Assembly (NCBI GenBank): GCA_051382295.1
Contig: JBBCAW010000013.1
Span: forward strand, 82,610 to 146,609
Direction of reading: 5' to 3'
DNA: 64,000 nt
Source of the DNA: Bdellovibrionota bacterium FG-1
GTDB taxonomy: Bacteria > Bdellovibrionota > UBA1018
Shown: in pieces, positions 31,128 through 41,157 of the stretch
Position numbering within the stretch: the first letter of the stretch is position 1
Layout of the letters: every line of letters starts with the position of its first letter
Notes under the pieces: generated by a model
Seen by the model: only the letters and a program-made list of their open reading frames with translations
The model's database searches: none
What the model was told of the DNA's origin: nothing
Made by a program: the position numbers and the translations under genes

Positions 31128-32968
31128 AGATGAGACACATCACGACGAATTTATTGACGACCAGAATGATCCTGGCCTTAACTGGTATTTTGATAGTGAC
31201 TGGATGTACTCATCGGGAAAACGATGGAAACCTTGCCGTTTTCCATGGGCAACTCAAGGATGATGTTAAAACTTGGGATCCCGCCAACGCATATGACTCA
31301 GTTTCCTTAGAGGTCGTGCCGAGCGTGTATGAGGCTCTCTACCAATACTCCTATCTTTCGGACACCTACAAACTCGTGCCGCTCCTCGCAGCGGATATGC
31401 CAAAAATTTCAGCCGATCGCCTGACTTATACTATTCCGATTAGGCATGGAATTAAATTTCAAGATGACCCTTGCTTCAAAAACAATCACGGAAAAGGACG
31501 AGACCTCAAGGCACAAGACTTTATTTATGCCTGGAAACGTCTGGCCCTGCCGCCCCTGGATTCGCAAGGTTGGTGGATCTTTGACGGAAAAATCGTCGGG
31601 ATCAACGCCTTTCATGACAACCTCGTCAAAGTGAACCAAACGCCTCAAACCCCGCAAACTCCCAAAGACCTCTTATCCAAGGCTTTTGCGGAAAACATCG
31701 AAGGCATGAAGGCATTGGACGACTTCACGCTCCAAATCAAATTAACCAAACCCTACCCCCAATTGATGTGGGTGCTGGCGATGACCTTTACTGCGCCGGT
31801 CGCCGAAGAGGCGACGACTCAGTACGCCGACGACCGCGGAAATCTCACTGACCACGCGGTCGGGACCGGACCGTTCTTTTTGAAAAAATGGGATCGAGGA
31901 CATCGCGTAATTTTGGAGCGCAACCCGACCTTTCATACAGATTTTTATCCAACTAATGGTGCGTTGGATTACCGCAAACTCGGCTTATTGACTGATGCTG
32001 GCAAGCTCCTGCCCTTTTTGGATCGTTTGACTTTTGATGTCATGCGCGAGTCCCAGCCCCGTTGGCTTGGCTTTATGAACGGCGACCAAGATCTACTGGA
32101 CATCCCCAAAGACAATTTTGGGCAGGCGGTTTCGAATCGAACCCATGTATCCCCCGACCTGGCGGCCAAAGGGGCGAGACTCAATATCGAAACCGGCGTG
32201 GTATTTCGGTACGTTTCCTTCAATGTTAAAGACAAGCTTTTCGAAAATAAATATTTGCGGCAAGCGCTTTCAGCAGCCATCGATCGCGAAAAGTGGATCG
32301 ACCTCTTTACGAATGGGACAGGAAAAAAGATGACCCATGCTCTCCCCCCGGGGACACCGGACCGTCCCGCCCAGCCTAAGCTCAAATATGACTTTGATCT
32401 CAAGCTTGCCAAAGATTTACTTAAAAAGGCCGGCTTTCCGGAGGGACAAGGACTTCCGCTGATTCACTTTGATCTGCGAGGCGCCGATACCGTAAGTCGG
32501 CAACTAGGCGACTTTTTTACCCAGCAATGGGGCGCGATAGGAATCAAAGTCAATGTGATTGCCAACACCTTTCCGGCTTTTCTGGAGAAAATGAAACTGG
32601 GACAATGGCAAACTTCAATCGGCGGCTGGTCGATGGACTACCCCGATGGAGAAAACGTCTTTCAACTCATGTACGGTCCAAACAAATCCCCTGGTCCCAA
32701 TGATACTAACTATGACAACCCTGAAATGAACAAACTCTACGAACAAATCGCAGTGACCGAGCCCGGCCCCACTCGCGCGGCGACTATCGAAAAAATCGAT
32801 GAAATCCTTCAAGAGGATTGCCCGTGGGCTTATGGTTACTACGAAGCCACTTATATGCTCACCCAACCCTGGATTCTTAACTACCGCGTGGCTGACATCA
32901 TTCAAAACAAGTACAAGTATTTACAGGTTAATCGCGAAATCAAAAAAAGATATCAAGCCAACCGTTAA
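31124..32968 (+). CDS. Family 5 (OppA/DppA-like) ABC substrate-binding lipoprotein
   Basis: Lipobox IVTGC; DPA..YD, GTGPF and LRQALSAAIDR. Confidence 0.9.
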   Translation: MKMRHITTNLLTTRMILALTGILIVTGCTHRENDGNLAVFHGQLKDDVKTWDPANAYDSVSLEVVPSVYEALYQYSYLSDTYKLVPLLAADMPKISADRLTYTIPIRHGIKFQDDPCFKNNHGKGRDLKAQDFIYAWKRLALPPLDSQGWWIFDGKIVGINAFHDNLVKVNQTPQTPQTPKDLLSKAFAENIEGMKALDDFTLQIKLTKPYPQLMWVLAMTFTAPVAEEATTQYADDRGNLTDHAVGTGPFFLKKWDRGHRVILERNPTFHTDFYPTNGALDYRKLGLLTDAGKLLPFLDRLTFDVMRESQPRWLGFMNGDQDLLDIPKDNFGQAVSNRTHVSPDLAAKGARLNIETGVVFRYVSFNVKDKLFENKYLRQALSAAIDREKWIDLFTNGTGKKMTHALPPGTPDRPAQPKLKYDFDLKLAKDLLKKAGFPEGQGLPLIHFDLRGADTVSRQLGDFFTQQWGAIGIKVNVIANTFPAFLEKMKLGQWQTSIGGWSMDYPDGENVFQLMYGPNKSPGPNDTNYDNPEMNKLYEQIAVTEPGPTRAATIEKIDEILQEDCPWAYGYYEATYMLTQPWILNYRVADIIQNKYKYLQVNREIKKRYQANR

Positions 32969-32969
32969 G

Positions 32970-33947
32970 CTAAGCGGCTCGCGCAGCTTGTCGACGAAAC
33001 ACGGATGCCATGATTTGAACCAATTCTGGATCAAATTTTCCGGTTTCTTTTTGAATGATGGCCACGGCTTGCTCCGCGGAGTGAGCCGTGCGAAAAGGCC
33101 GTTTACTGATGAGCTCGCTGAAACTATCGGCTAAGGCCACCACCTTGGCTGGATAATAGATCGTGTTGCCATGCAGTCCGTTCGGATAACCCCGTCCACT
33201 GGGTTCTTCGTGATGTTGGTACACAATATGCCGAACGGGATCCGCGATGTTAGGGGTGTTTTCGATGAGCCGCATCCCCAACTGAGGATGAGTTTGTAGA
33301 AGCTCAAGCTGTTCTGGGGTCAAATCGCTCGGGTTGCCGCTCAATTCTTTGGGTAGGAGAGTCATCCCGATATCATGCAAAAAACCCCCGAGCCCAATGA
33401 GCTCGAGGGTTTTTTGACTGAACTGGCCCGTTCCTTTGGCAATAATCGCGCTAAAAATCGCCACTGCAATCGCATGATAATAAAGATAATCGCCATGAGA
33501 GACCAATTTCAAAATAACTGCGAGCGTGTTGGGACTTTGCACCATGAGCTCAACATAACTGTGAATGACCCGTTGGGAGGCTAGCGCGGTCTCTTCGCTA
33601 ATGGGAACCTGGCAAAAAAGCTCGGCAATATTTTGCTCCGTCATATTCAGTAAAATGGCGATCTTTTTTTCCTGGGGGGTTTGCGGATCATTCAAAAGAA
33701 CATGCGCGGGACGAGCGATAAAAGCTTGATAAACTTCGAGATCCTCGGCCCGAATATGGAGCTTTTCGACACCTTTTTGTATGTATTGCGCGAGTCGTTT
33801 GTAATCTAAACCCGTGGTCTTAGAAAAAACGTGAGCGTGATTGTCGTCCGACAATTTAAGAAAAACATCAAAATTGATATCACGAGTCGCGCTCCGAAAG
33901 ACCTGAATATCAACCTCGATCAGCCCGCCTTCAACGCTAGGTGCCAT
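32970..33947 (-). CDS. HD-GYP domain c-di-GMP phosphodiesterase-like protein
   Basis: LHDIG, HHEEPSGRGYP and AD.F.....RPF. Confidence 0.9.
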   Translation of the reverse strand: MAPSVEGGLIEVDIQVFRSATRDINFDVFLKLSDDNHAHVFSKTTGLDYKRLAQYIQKGVEKLHIRAEDLEVYQAFIARPAHVLLNDPQTPQEKKIAILLNMTEQNIAELFCQVPISEETALASQRVIHSYVELMVQSPNTLAVILKLVSHGDYLYYHAIAVAIFSAIIAKGTGQFSQKTLELIGLGGFLHDIGMTLLPKELSGNPSDLTPEQLELLQTHPQLGMRLIENTPNIADPVRHIVYQHHEEPSGRGYPNGLHGNTIYYPAKVVALADSFSELISKRPFRTAHSAEQAVAIIQKETGKFDPELVQIMASVFRRQAARAA

Positions 33948-34022
33948 GAAATACCCTCACTTTTAAGCGTATCGGCAACGACCTCAATAACAATGAGGCA
34001 GGGCAGAGAGCAGAAATTTACC

Positions 34023-34049
34023 TCAGGTACAGGAAAATTCTGCCGATAA
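34023..34049 (+). promoter_or_regulatory. Putative sigma28 (FliA) promoter
   Basis: TCAG-N15-GCCGATAA; the -10 element is a perfect consensus. Confidence 0.55.
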
Positions 34050-34133
34050 GCATTACAGAAGGTGCCCTAGGGCCCTTTCAAAAAACAGTCGCAAGGAGGC
34101 GAAATTTAACGACTTTTGAATGGAACAGACCTT

Positions 34134-34538
34134 ATGCGTTGGTACAGGATCATCGCCCCGATTATCACCGTGCTTGCATTTTTAACAACCCCCAAGATCA
34201 GCCTCTCGGCAGATTTTGTGGTCTACAGTGTGTACAAAGGTCTCGACCTGGGGATACCCGGCGAAACCCCGCAAAAAGACTACTACGTCAACATGGGTTC
34301 GTCGCAAGGAATCCATATGGGGTCACACCTGGATGTCCTACGCCGACTTCCGACTTACGATGTTTTAAACGAAAAACTTTATAAAGACGTGACCTTTGCC
34401 ATCGCCAAACTTAAGGTCATCCACGTCGAAAACAATGCAGCGATTTGCCGACTTGAAAAAACCCTACCTCCAGATAAAACACCGGTCACTTCGCCTCACG
34501 GGGTGATGGTAGGGGATCTGGTTCGGACTGCTGAATAA
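34134..34538 (+). CDS. Secreted protein, FlgT C-terminal-like beta domain
   Basis: Signal peptide; YVNMGSSQGIHMG..LDV.R and IAKLKVIHVE..AAICRL. Start could be 34116-34134. Confidence 0.6.
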   Translation: MRWYRIIAPIITVLAFLTTPKISLSADFVVYSVYKGLDLGIPGETPQKDYYVNMGSSQGIHMGSHLDVLRRLPTYDVLNEKLYKDVTFAIAKLKVIHVENNAAICRLEKTLPPDKTPVTSPHGVMVGDLVRTAE

Positions 34539-34601
34539 TAGGCAACGCTCAAGTCTTGTCGGGGGACTTAAACACCTGAACGTTGCCCATTTCCGCCTCA
34601 A

Positions 34602-35039
34602 TTAGGCCGCTTGCGTCACTTCAACACTCGGGTCAACCTCCTTGCCCTCTGCCTGGGCCCCATTGGCTGGAGTGCTCCGTTTTCGTCCCAAAAAGCTCAC
34701 ATGATCCGCATGAACTTCAAACACGAAACGGGCTTCCCCCGATTTGGCGGTATATTTACGGGTTCTCACCATGCCTTCAACAAAGACAGCCTGTCCTTTT
34801 TCAAGATATTGGTGGCAGGCCTCGGCCTGCTTACCCCATACGACAACACGGTGCCATTGAGTCTCCTCCTTTTCGACCGCTTGAGCGTCACTCCCCTGCT
34901 CTGCGACCCGCCGAGACGTGGCTAACGGAAAATGGACCACAGCCAATCCGTTTTTGGTCTCGCGTTGCACGGGATTAGCCCCCAAACGACCGATGAGGAG
35001 GATTTTGTTAACGTCTTTCATAAGATTACTCTCTTTCAC
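34602..35039 (-). CDS. ssb: Single-stranded DNA-binding protein
   Basis: VNKILLIGRLG, ETQWHRVVVWGKQAE and KG..VFVEG; lacks a DDDIPF tail. Confidence 0.9.
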   Translation of the reverse strand: MKESNLMKDVNKILLIGRLGANPVQRETKNGLAVVHFPLATSRRVAEQGSDAQAVEKEETQWHRVVVWGKQAEACHQYLEKGQAVFVEGMVRTRKYTAKSGEARFVFEVHADHVSFLGRKRSTPANGAQAEGKEVDPSVEVTQAA

Positions 35040-35331
35040 AAACGAGCCCCGGGTAGGGGACTCTTAGTTTTCGAATGGTTCGCACTCCTCCCTTTTGCGA
35101 GTCGCGTGCCCACTTTTACCGGCAAAAAAGGCCATTTTTTGCAAAAAACCGGACTCCTCGACCGAAAATCGGACTCAGTTTGGGTCGCCGTGACCGCCCC
35201 CTCACGAAGAATCCGATCAAAATTCTGAGGCTTACGTTTAAATCGGGTTGATTTTTGACCAAACTGGACTATCTTGGCCTAGCAAAACGTCTTTTGCTTT
35301 TATCGCAGCTTTTCCTTGAGGAGGATTCACT

Positions 35332-35838
35332 ATGACACTTTCGAGCGCGACACTTCGCCGCTTAGCTTTTTCTTTGATGTTGGGCACCTTGGTTTACGCC
35401 GCAGGTTGTTCCAGCAATAAGCCAAAAACCGACGAGGGCGCGGTTCCCAATGCCCCAGCCGCAGACGAAAATCTTTCGGGAGATTCGGATTCTGGCAAGG
35501 CAATGGGTCTTCAAACGGTTCATTTTGGCTACGACTCATCCACTCTGGACGCTGAAGCTAAAACGGTTCTTGAAACGAATGCTAGCCTCCTAAAAGGCAA
35601 AGCGAGCGTTAAAGTTCAAGTGGAAGGTCACTGCGATCACCGCGGCGGCATCCAATACAATATCGCTTTGGGCGAAAAACGCGCCAATGCCGCTAAGAGC
35701 TACCTTGTAGACCTCGGCGTCAGCGCGGACCGAATTTCAACGATCAGCTTTGGTAAAGAGCGTCCGTTGGATACCGGAACCTCTGAAGCTGCCTACGCCA
35801 AGAATCGTCGTGGCAATTTTGTCGTTACCGCTAAGTAA
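35332..35838 (+). CDS. pal: Peptidoglycan-associated lipoprotein (OmpA-like domain)
   Basis: Lipobox AAGC; EGHCD.RG..YNIALGEKRA, SFGKERP and KNRR. Confidence 0.92.
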   Translation: MTLSSATLRRLAFSLMLGTLVYAAGCSSNKPKTDEGAVPNAPAADENLSGDSDSGKAMGLQTVHFGYDSSTLDAEAKTVLETNASLLKGKASVKVQVEGHCDHRGGIQYNIALGEKRANAAKSYLVDLGVSADRISTISFGKERPLDTGTSEAAYAKNRRGNFVVTAK

Positions 35839-35888
35839 TTTAAAAGTAATCGGTTGAAAAGACCGATCACTTCGTCCATCGTAAAGTA

Positions 35889-36476
35889 ATGACGAGGACT
35901 GACAAACATCAAGCTTGTAACATCAGTTCTTCGGCACAAGTTGAAGGGGCAGGACGTAAGTTCTGCTCCTTCTTTTTTTTGGTTTCACTACTGACGTTGT
36001 CTTTCACCGTTTCTCTCGGAGGGTGCGCGATCTTAGGAACCCGCCCCGTTCAAGAAATGTCCAATACCGCCGCATCGATTCGGGCGGCCCGCGAGGTTCA
36101 AGCGGACACGCTTGCGCCTGAGCTTTTTCGCCAGGCCAATGAGTGGTTCTTCAAGGCCAAACGTGAATATAAATTTAAGAATTTTGATCTCGCCCAATCT
36201 TATGCCAAAAAAGCCCGTCTTTTTGCCGAAGAAGCGGAGTTTGAAGCGATTCGAAACGGTGGCAACCGATCCGATACCGCAATCGCAGACCCCATGGCTT
36301 CTGGACTCACTAGCCCCTCCCCTCCGCAAACAACGCCCTCCCGCGAACCCTATCCCTATCCGACACCGTGCGGAACACCAGCGGACGCCCCCCCCCCTCC
36401 TAGTCCAACTGCACCGGAGCCTTTGAGCTCACCGTCGCCCTCAGCAGCTCATTTTCCTGGCCCACGGCCGTCTTGA
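35889..36476 (+). CDS. DUF4398-like lipoprotein with Pro-rich tail
   Basis: LGGC lipobox; P.QEMS..AASIRAAREVQA...APE and A..AE.AE. Confidence 0.7.
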   Translation: MTRTDKHQACNISSSAQVEGAGRKFCSFFFLVSLLTLSFTVSLGGCAILGTRPVQEMSNTAASIRAAREVQADTLAPELFRQANEWFFKAKREYKFKNFDLAQSYAKKARLFAEEAEFEAIRNGGNRSDTAIADPMASGLTSPSPPQTTPSREPYPYPTPCGTPADAPPPPSPTAPEPLSSPSPSAAHFPGPRPS

Positions 36477-36506
36477 GAGCTTGATCAGGTCTCGATTATG
36501 TTTCGG

Positions 36507-37607
36507 CTACTGAAGAGTGGTGTGAAACCGTCGTAGGCTGGCTAAACCTGTCACCAAGGCCATAATCATTAAAACCCCAATATGAAGGGCCACATATTGA
36601 CCACCGCCGCCCTTCAACATGATATTACGAAGTAACCCCATAAAATGGGACAATGGGTCAATATAGGAAAGCCAACGAATCGTCGCGGGCATGTTTTCAA
36701 CCGGAAACATTAAACCAGAAAACATAATCATCGGAAACATGAACAAAAACCCTGCCAACGTCGCCTGCTGCTGATTCTTGCAATACGTCGAAATCAGGGT
36801 ACCCAGCGCAACCGCAGTGCATACGAAGGCCAAGGTAGCGATCAACAGAATGAGCAGAGCCCCCCTCATCGGGACTCCAAACACAAATACCGCCACTGCC
36901 AGAATGAGTGGAAAATTAGACATTCCAAGAATGACGAAAGGGATTGTTTTTCCGTAAATCACTTCTGAGCGGGAAATAGGGGCAGAAATGAGCATCTCAA
37001 AGGTGCCCATTTCCTTTTCTCGAACGATTGCAAGATTAGCCATGACCATGGTTGTGATGAGCATGAGCATGCACATCGTGCCTGGAATCATAAAAACGGA
37101 TGTTTCCAAGTCTGGATTAAAGAGCACGCGCTGTTCGATTTGAATGGGAGCAATCGGAGCCACCTGCTTCAGGTTCTGCCAGACGGAATGTTGTACGATA
37201 TTTTTGAGATACCCTTCAACAGACTGTGCTTGCGTCACATTGACCGAATTAATTAAGAGTTGTAACTTTGCATCCCCCCGCCCTAACGCCCGCGTAAAAC
37301 CCCCGGGAGGGGCGACCAGTACCGCGTCTGCATCCCCAGACTCAATCAGCTTATAGGGATCCGTCTCAGAACTCACGGCGGGAACAAACCACTTGCTTGC
37401 GATACTTCTTTCGTAAATATCACGCAAAACCGTATCTTTAGAATCAAACAAAGCCGCCAACTTAACATTTTTGACTTCGGTAGAGATCGCCACGCCAAAT
37501 AACGTGAGCTGAATCATCGGCATCACAAAAAGCATGACACGCATCCGAGGGTCTCTCAGTGTTTGTACCAATTCCTTTTTTATAAATCCTCGTAAAGTCT
37601 GATTCAT
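36507..37607 (-). CDS. ABC-2 transporter permease (YbhR-like)
   Basis: KELVQTLRDP and IVREKEMGTFEML. Confidence 0.92.
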   Translation of the reverse strand: MNQTLRGFIKKELVQTLRDPRMRVMLFVMPMIQLTLFGVAISTEVKNVKLAALFDSKDTVLRDIYERSIASKWFVPAVSSETDPYKLIESGDADAVLVAPPGGFTRALGRGDAKLQLLINSVNVTQAQSVEGYLKNIVQHSVWQNLKQVAPIAPIQIEQRVLFNPDLETSVFMIPGTMCMLMLITTMVMANLAIVREKEMGTFEMLISAPISRSEVIYGKTIPFVILGMSNFPLILAVAVFVFGVPMRGALLILLIATLAFVCTAVALGTLISTYCKNQQQATLAGFLFMFPMIMFSGLMFPVENMPATIRWLSYIDPLSHFMGLLRNIMLKGGGGQYVALHIGVLMIMALVTGLASLRRFHTTLQ

Positions 37608-38722
37608 GGTTCCAGGTCTCTCTTAAACTTCCGAGTGCCCAGTGCAATCACAAACACACCGAAACAAATCAGACCCAAAAAGGGACCCCACAACGCTAAA
37701 AAAGGAGTACCCTGCAGAAAAGTTTCCCTTGAAATCTGCATAAACCAACGCGCGGGAAGAACCATCGTGAGGTACTGCATCGCCTTAGGCATGCTTTCAA
37801 TCGGGAACACAAAACCCGAAAGCAACTGAGTCGGCAACATGCCTGTCATCATTGCAAGCTGCATCGCGACCTGTTGTTTACGGGTCACCACCGAAATCAA
37901 AAGCCCCTGTCCTAGATAGGCAATTAAAAAAAGCACGGCTCCAAGCGCAAAAACAGCCATATTACCCACAAAGGGCACACCGAATACATACCGAGCAATC
38001 AGAAAGATAAAGGCTACGGTCGTGAGACCCAGCATGCCATAGGGGGTGAGCTTGCCAATAATAATTTCGATGGGTTGTACGGGGGTTGAGAGAAGTAGTT
38101 CCATAGAGCCATTTTCATACTCACGCGCGATCGTAAGCGATGTGAGCAATACCGATAAAATTCCCATCACCACGACATTAAGACCAGGAATCACAAACCA
38201 CCGGCTGTTTAATTCAGGGTTAAAGACGAATCGTGTGCGCAACTCATAAGAGCTTGGGGGATTAAAGCCCGCAATTCGGTACGAAGCTAAGGCCTGAATG
38301 TTGCCGATATAGCCCAGAACGGGGCCGACCGTCGAACTATCCGAGCCATCTAGCAAAATCTGCACCTCAGCACTTCTCCCGGCAAATACGTTTTTCTCAA
38401 AGTCTGGCGGGATCATCAATGCAGCCCGAGCCCTTTCTGAGGTTAAAGCACGAATCGCATCGGTAGGTGAACTCGAAGGCTGAACAATGAAATACTTTGA
38501 GCTCGCAAAGGTGTCCAAAAAACGCCTCGAGGTTTGCGAGTGATCCGCATCGCTGACTGCTAAAGGAATGTTTTTGACATTGAACTCAATAGCCACGCCA
38601 AACATGATGACCATGAACACCGGCAGTCCCAGCGCGGCACCCAAGGTAAAGGGATCTCGAGAAATATGATAAACCTCTTTCTTGGCAATCGCAAAGGCTC
38701 GCCGCCAGACAAATGCTTTCAT
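37604..38722 (-). CDS. ABC-2 transporter permease (YbhS-like)
   Basis: KEVYHISRDP, FNPELNSRWF and AREYENGSME. Confidence 0.92.
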   Translation of the reverse strand: MKAFVWRRAFAIAKKEVYHISRDPFTLGAALGLPVFMVIMFGVAIEFNVKNIPLAVSDADHSQTSRRFLDTFASSKYFIVQPSSSPTDAIRALTSERARAALMIPPDFEKNVFAGRSAEVQILLDGSDSSTVGPVLGYIGNIQALASYRIAGFNPPSSYELRTRFVFNPELNSRWFVIPGLNVVVMGILSVLLTSLTIAREYENGSMELLLSTPVQPIEIIIGKLTPYGMLGLTTVAFIFLIARYVFGVPFVGNMAVFALGAVLFLIAYLGQGLLISVVTRKQQVAMQLAMMTGMLPTQLLSGFVFPIESMPKAMQYLTMVLPARWFMQISRETFLQGTPFLALWGPFLGLICFGVFVIALGTRKFKRDLEP

Positions 38723-39654
38723 TGGTTTTTGGCCTCCACTGCGCGAATAAAAACATCTTCCAGTGAAGGCTTGATTTTCCGAATATGAAAACGCGTCGCA
38801 AAAAAAGGCGCAACTTTAGCCCATTCATCATAGGCCCGAATGGAAGCATGAAAACGCAAGCCATAGGGTTCAAAAAAAGAGAAAACCTCATGCTGGCTCA
38901 GTTCAGAAACAGCGGAAAAACTTAAAGGTTCCTTGGGGTCAAACTCAAACACCGGCATTGGAAAGGTGGAACTCTTGAGACCGTCCGGAGTATCCAGCGA
39001 AATGATCACGCCGTCGCGCATCAGGGCGATTCTGTCGCATTGTTCGGCCTCATCCATATAGTGCGTGGTTACAAAGACAGTTTTTCCCTGTTTTGAAAGT
39101 TTTCGAATCAGCGACCAAAACCGTGCCCTAGCTACCGGAAAAACTCCCGCTGTAGGCTCGTCTAGGAAAATAATTTCAGGATCATGCAGGAGCGCAGCAG
39201 CAAGCGCCACCTGTTGCTTGACTCCTCCCGGCAGATCATGAACAAGGGTCTTCATGGAGTGCTCAAATGAAATGAAATCAAAAAGCGCTTTGCGACGTTT
39301 CAAGTAAGTGGCGCGATCGAGCTTTCTCAATGCTGCAATAAAATCGAGATTTTCATCCACCTTAAGATCATCATAAAGAGTGAACTTCTGTGACATATAG
39401 CCCACTTTGGCCTTGATCGCGAGTTCACCATCCTCGAGCCTCACACCTGCGATCAAGACCTGCCCAGAGGTGGGAGTCAAAAGCCCACAAAGAACGCGAA
39501 TCGTGGTGGTTTTTCCGGCACCGTTAGCACCCAGAAATCCAAAAATCTCACCTCGCCGCACACCAAAAGAAATACCATTCACCGCGGTAAAGTCGCCAAA
39601 ACGAACCGTGAGGTCCTTGACTTCAACTGTTGCCTCAACACCCGAGCTATTCAT
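38719..39654 (-). CDS. ABC transporter ATP-binding protein
   Basis: GANGAGKT, DEPT and TTHYMDEAE; likely start ATG 39654. Confidence 0.93.
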   Translation of the reverse strand: MNSSGVEATVEVKDLTVRFGDFTAVNGISFGVRRGEIFGFLGANGAGKTTTIRVLCGLLTPTSGQVLIAGVRLEDGELAIKAKVGYMSQKFTLYDDLKVDENLDFIAALRKLDRATYLKRRKALFDFISFEHSMKTLVHDLPGGVKQQVALAAALLHDPEIIFLDEPTAGVFPVARARFWSLIRKLSKQGKTVFVTTHYMDEAEQCDRIALMRDGVIISLDTPDGLKSSTFPMPVFEFDPKEPLSFSAVSELSQHEVFSFFEPYGLRFHASIRAYDEWAKVAPFFATRFHIRKIKPSLEDVFIRAVEAKNQ

Positions 39655-40381
39655 TGGCTCCCCGGCGCATAAAGAGCTCATCAAAGCTGCGCACCTTTTC
39701 GCGCTCAAGAAGCTGACGGGGTTCGCCCTCGGCGACGACCGAGCCACGTGTCATAAGATGCACTCGACCACAACGCTCGGCCTCGTCCATATAGGCCGTT
39801 GTTAGTAAAATAAGAATTTCCTGATCTGCTAGGCGGTAAAGAAGCTCCCAAAACTCGCGCCGACTAATCGGATCAACGCCATTGGTGGGTTCATCCAACA
39901 GTATAATCCGTGGTGACCTCAATAGCGCGCACATCAAGCCTAGTTTTTTGTACATTCCGCCCGAAAGCTTGCCCGCTGGCCGATCCGTAAACTCGGTCAA
40001 CCGCGTGATTTGTAACAGCTCAGTTCGGCGCTGTGCATAGGTTTCTTTTGAAATGCCATACAACTCTCTAAAAAACTCGAGATGCTCGTCAATGGATAGG
40101 TCCGAATAAAGACTTTGCTGTTGCGGCATATAAGCAACACTGGCCCTGACCTCCTCAAAATCAACCGGGCGCTCACCGAGCCGATACTCAACACGGCCTT
40201 GATTCGCTTTCAAGAGGCCCAACATGATGCGCATCAAGGTGGTTTTTCCGGCGCCTTCGGGACCAATGATCCCGTGCATCGATCCAGACGAAAAGTTCAA
40301 GGAAACGCCCTTCAGCGCTTCCACCGCTTTAAAAGACTTCCGAACTTCATGCACTTGAATCGAAAGCGCTGATTGCGACAT
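39647..40381 (-). CDS. ABC transporter ATP-binding protein
   Basis: GPEGAGKT, LSGG and DEPTNGVDP. Confidence 0.93.
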   Translation of the reverse strand: MSQSALSIQVHEVRKSFKAVEALKGVSLNFSSGSMHGIIGPEGAGKTTLMRIMLGLLKANQGRVEYRLGERPVDFEEVRASVAYMPQQQSLYSDLSIDEHLEFFRELYGISKETYAQRRTELLQITRLTEFTDRPAGKLSGGMYKKLGLMCALLRSPRIILLDEPTNGVDPISRREFWELLYRLADQEILILLTTAYMDEAERCGRVHLMTRGSVVAEGEPRQLLEREKVRSFDELFMRRGANE

Positions 40382-40386
40382 TTTTC

Positions 40387-41157
40387 CTATTCCTTGGGTA
40401 ATTGCAGCTCAATTGTCATGCCAGGCTTAAGAATTTGTTCTTCGTTTGCACCTAGAAAACTCACTTTTACCCCAAAGACGAGACGAGTTCGTTCTGAGCG
40501 AGTCTGGACGTTTTTGGGAGTAAACTCGGCCTCAGCGTTAATCTTAACGATTTTACCTAAAAATTTGCGGCCACTCAGCTCAGAAAGGATGCCCGTGAGT
40601 TTCATGCCCGGTTTTAAATGGGCGACGGTAATTTGAGGCACGTAGATATAAGCCCAAATGTCCTTAATATTTGCTAAAGTCACTAGCTTCACGCCAGCAT
40701 TCACCCATTCTCCAGGTTCGTGATATCGACTCAAGACGGTGCCCTGAATGGGCGACCGAATCGAACACCACTTCAGATGAACATCGACTTCTTCTTTTTT
40801 ATTTTTTACTTGATCCATCGTGTCTTGCGAAATGGTTCCTGAGCGAAATAGGCGCGAGTTTCGTTCATAGTTCTGATTGGCCAGCTCAGCCGCTACCTTA
40901 AAGTCCTCACAGGAAAGAGCTACGACCTCTTGGTTCTCTTTGACCTCATCTCCTTCTTGAACTCCAAAAGCTGCGATTGACGAGGGGAGTTGAGCGGATA
41001 AATCCACTTTTGTGGCCTCGAGAGTGCCCGAGAATAAAAAGTCATTTTCAAAAAAGAAGGATTTGATCGCGACGCCAGCAATGATGAGGGTGATCATGGC
41101 CCCAACCGCAAAGATCCTACGCGAAGGTCCTTTTCGTGTGGACTGTTCGTTAGTCAT
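40387..41157 (-). CDS. HlyD/YbhG-like periplasmic adaptor
   Basis: N-terminal TM; IRSPIQG and AEFTPKNVQT..ER. Confidence 0.9.
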   Translation of the reverse strand: MTNEQSTRKGPSRRIFAVGAMITLIIAGVAIKSFFFENDFLFSGTLEATKVDLSAQLPSSIAAFGVQEGDEVKENQEVVALSCEDFKVAAELANQNYERNSRLFRSGTISQDTMDQVKNKKEEVDVHLKWCSIRSPIQGTVLSRYHEPGEWVNAGVKLVTLANIKDIWAYIYVPQITVAHLKPGMKLTGILSELSGRKFLGKIVKINAEAEFTPKNVQTRSERTRLVFGVKVSFLGANEEQILKPGMTIELQLPKE

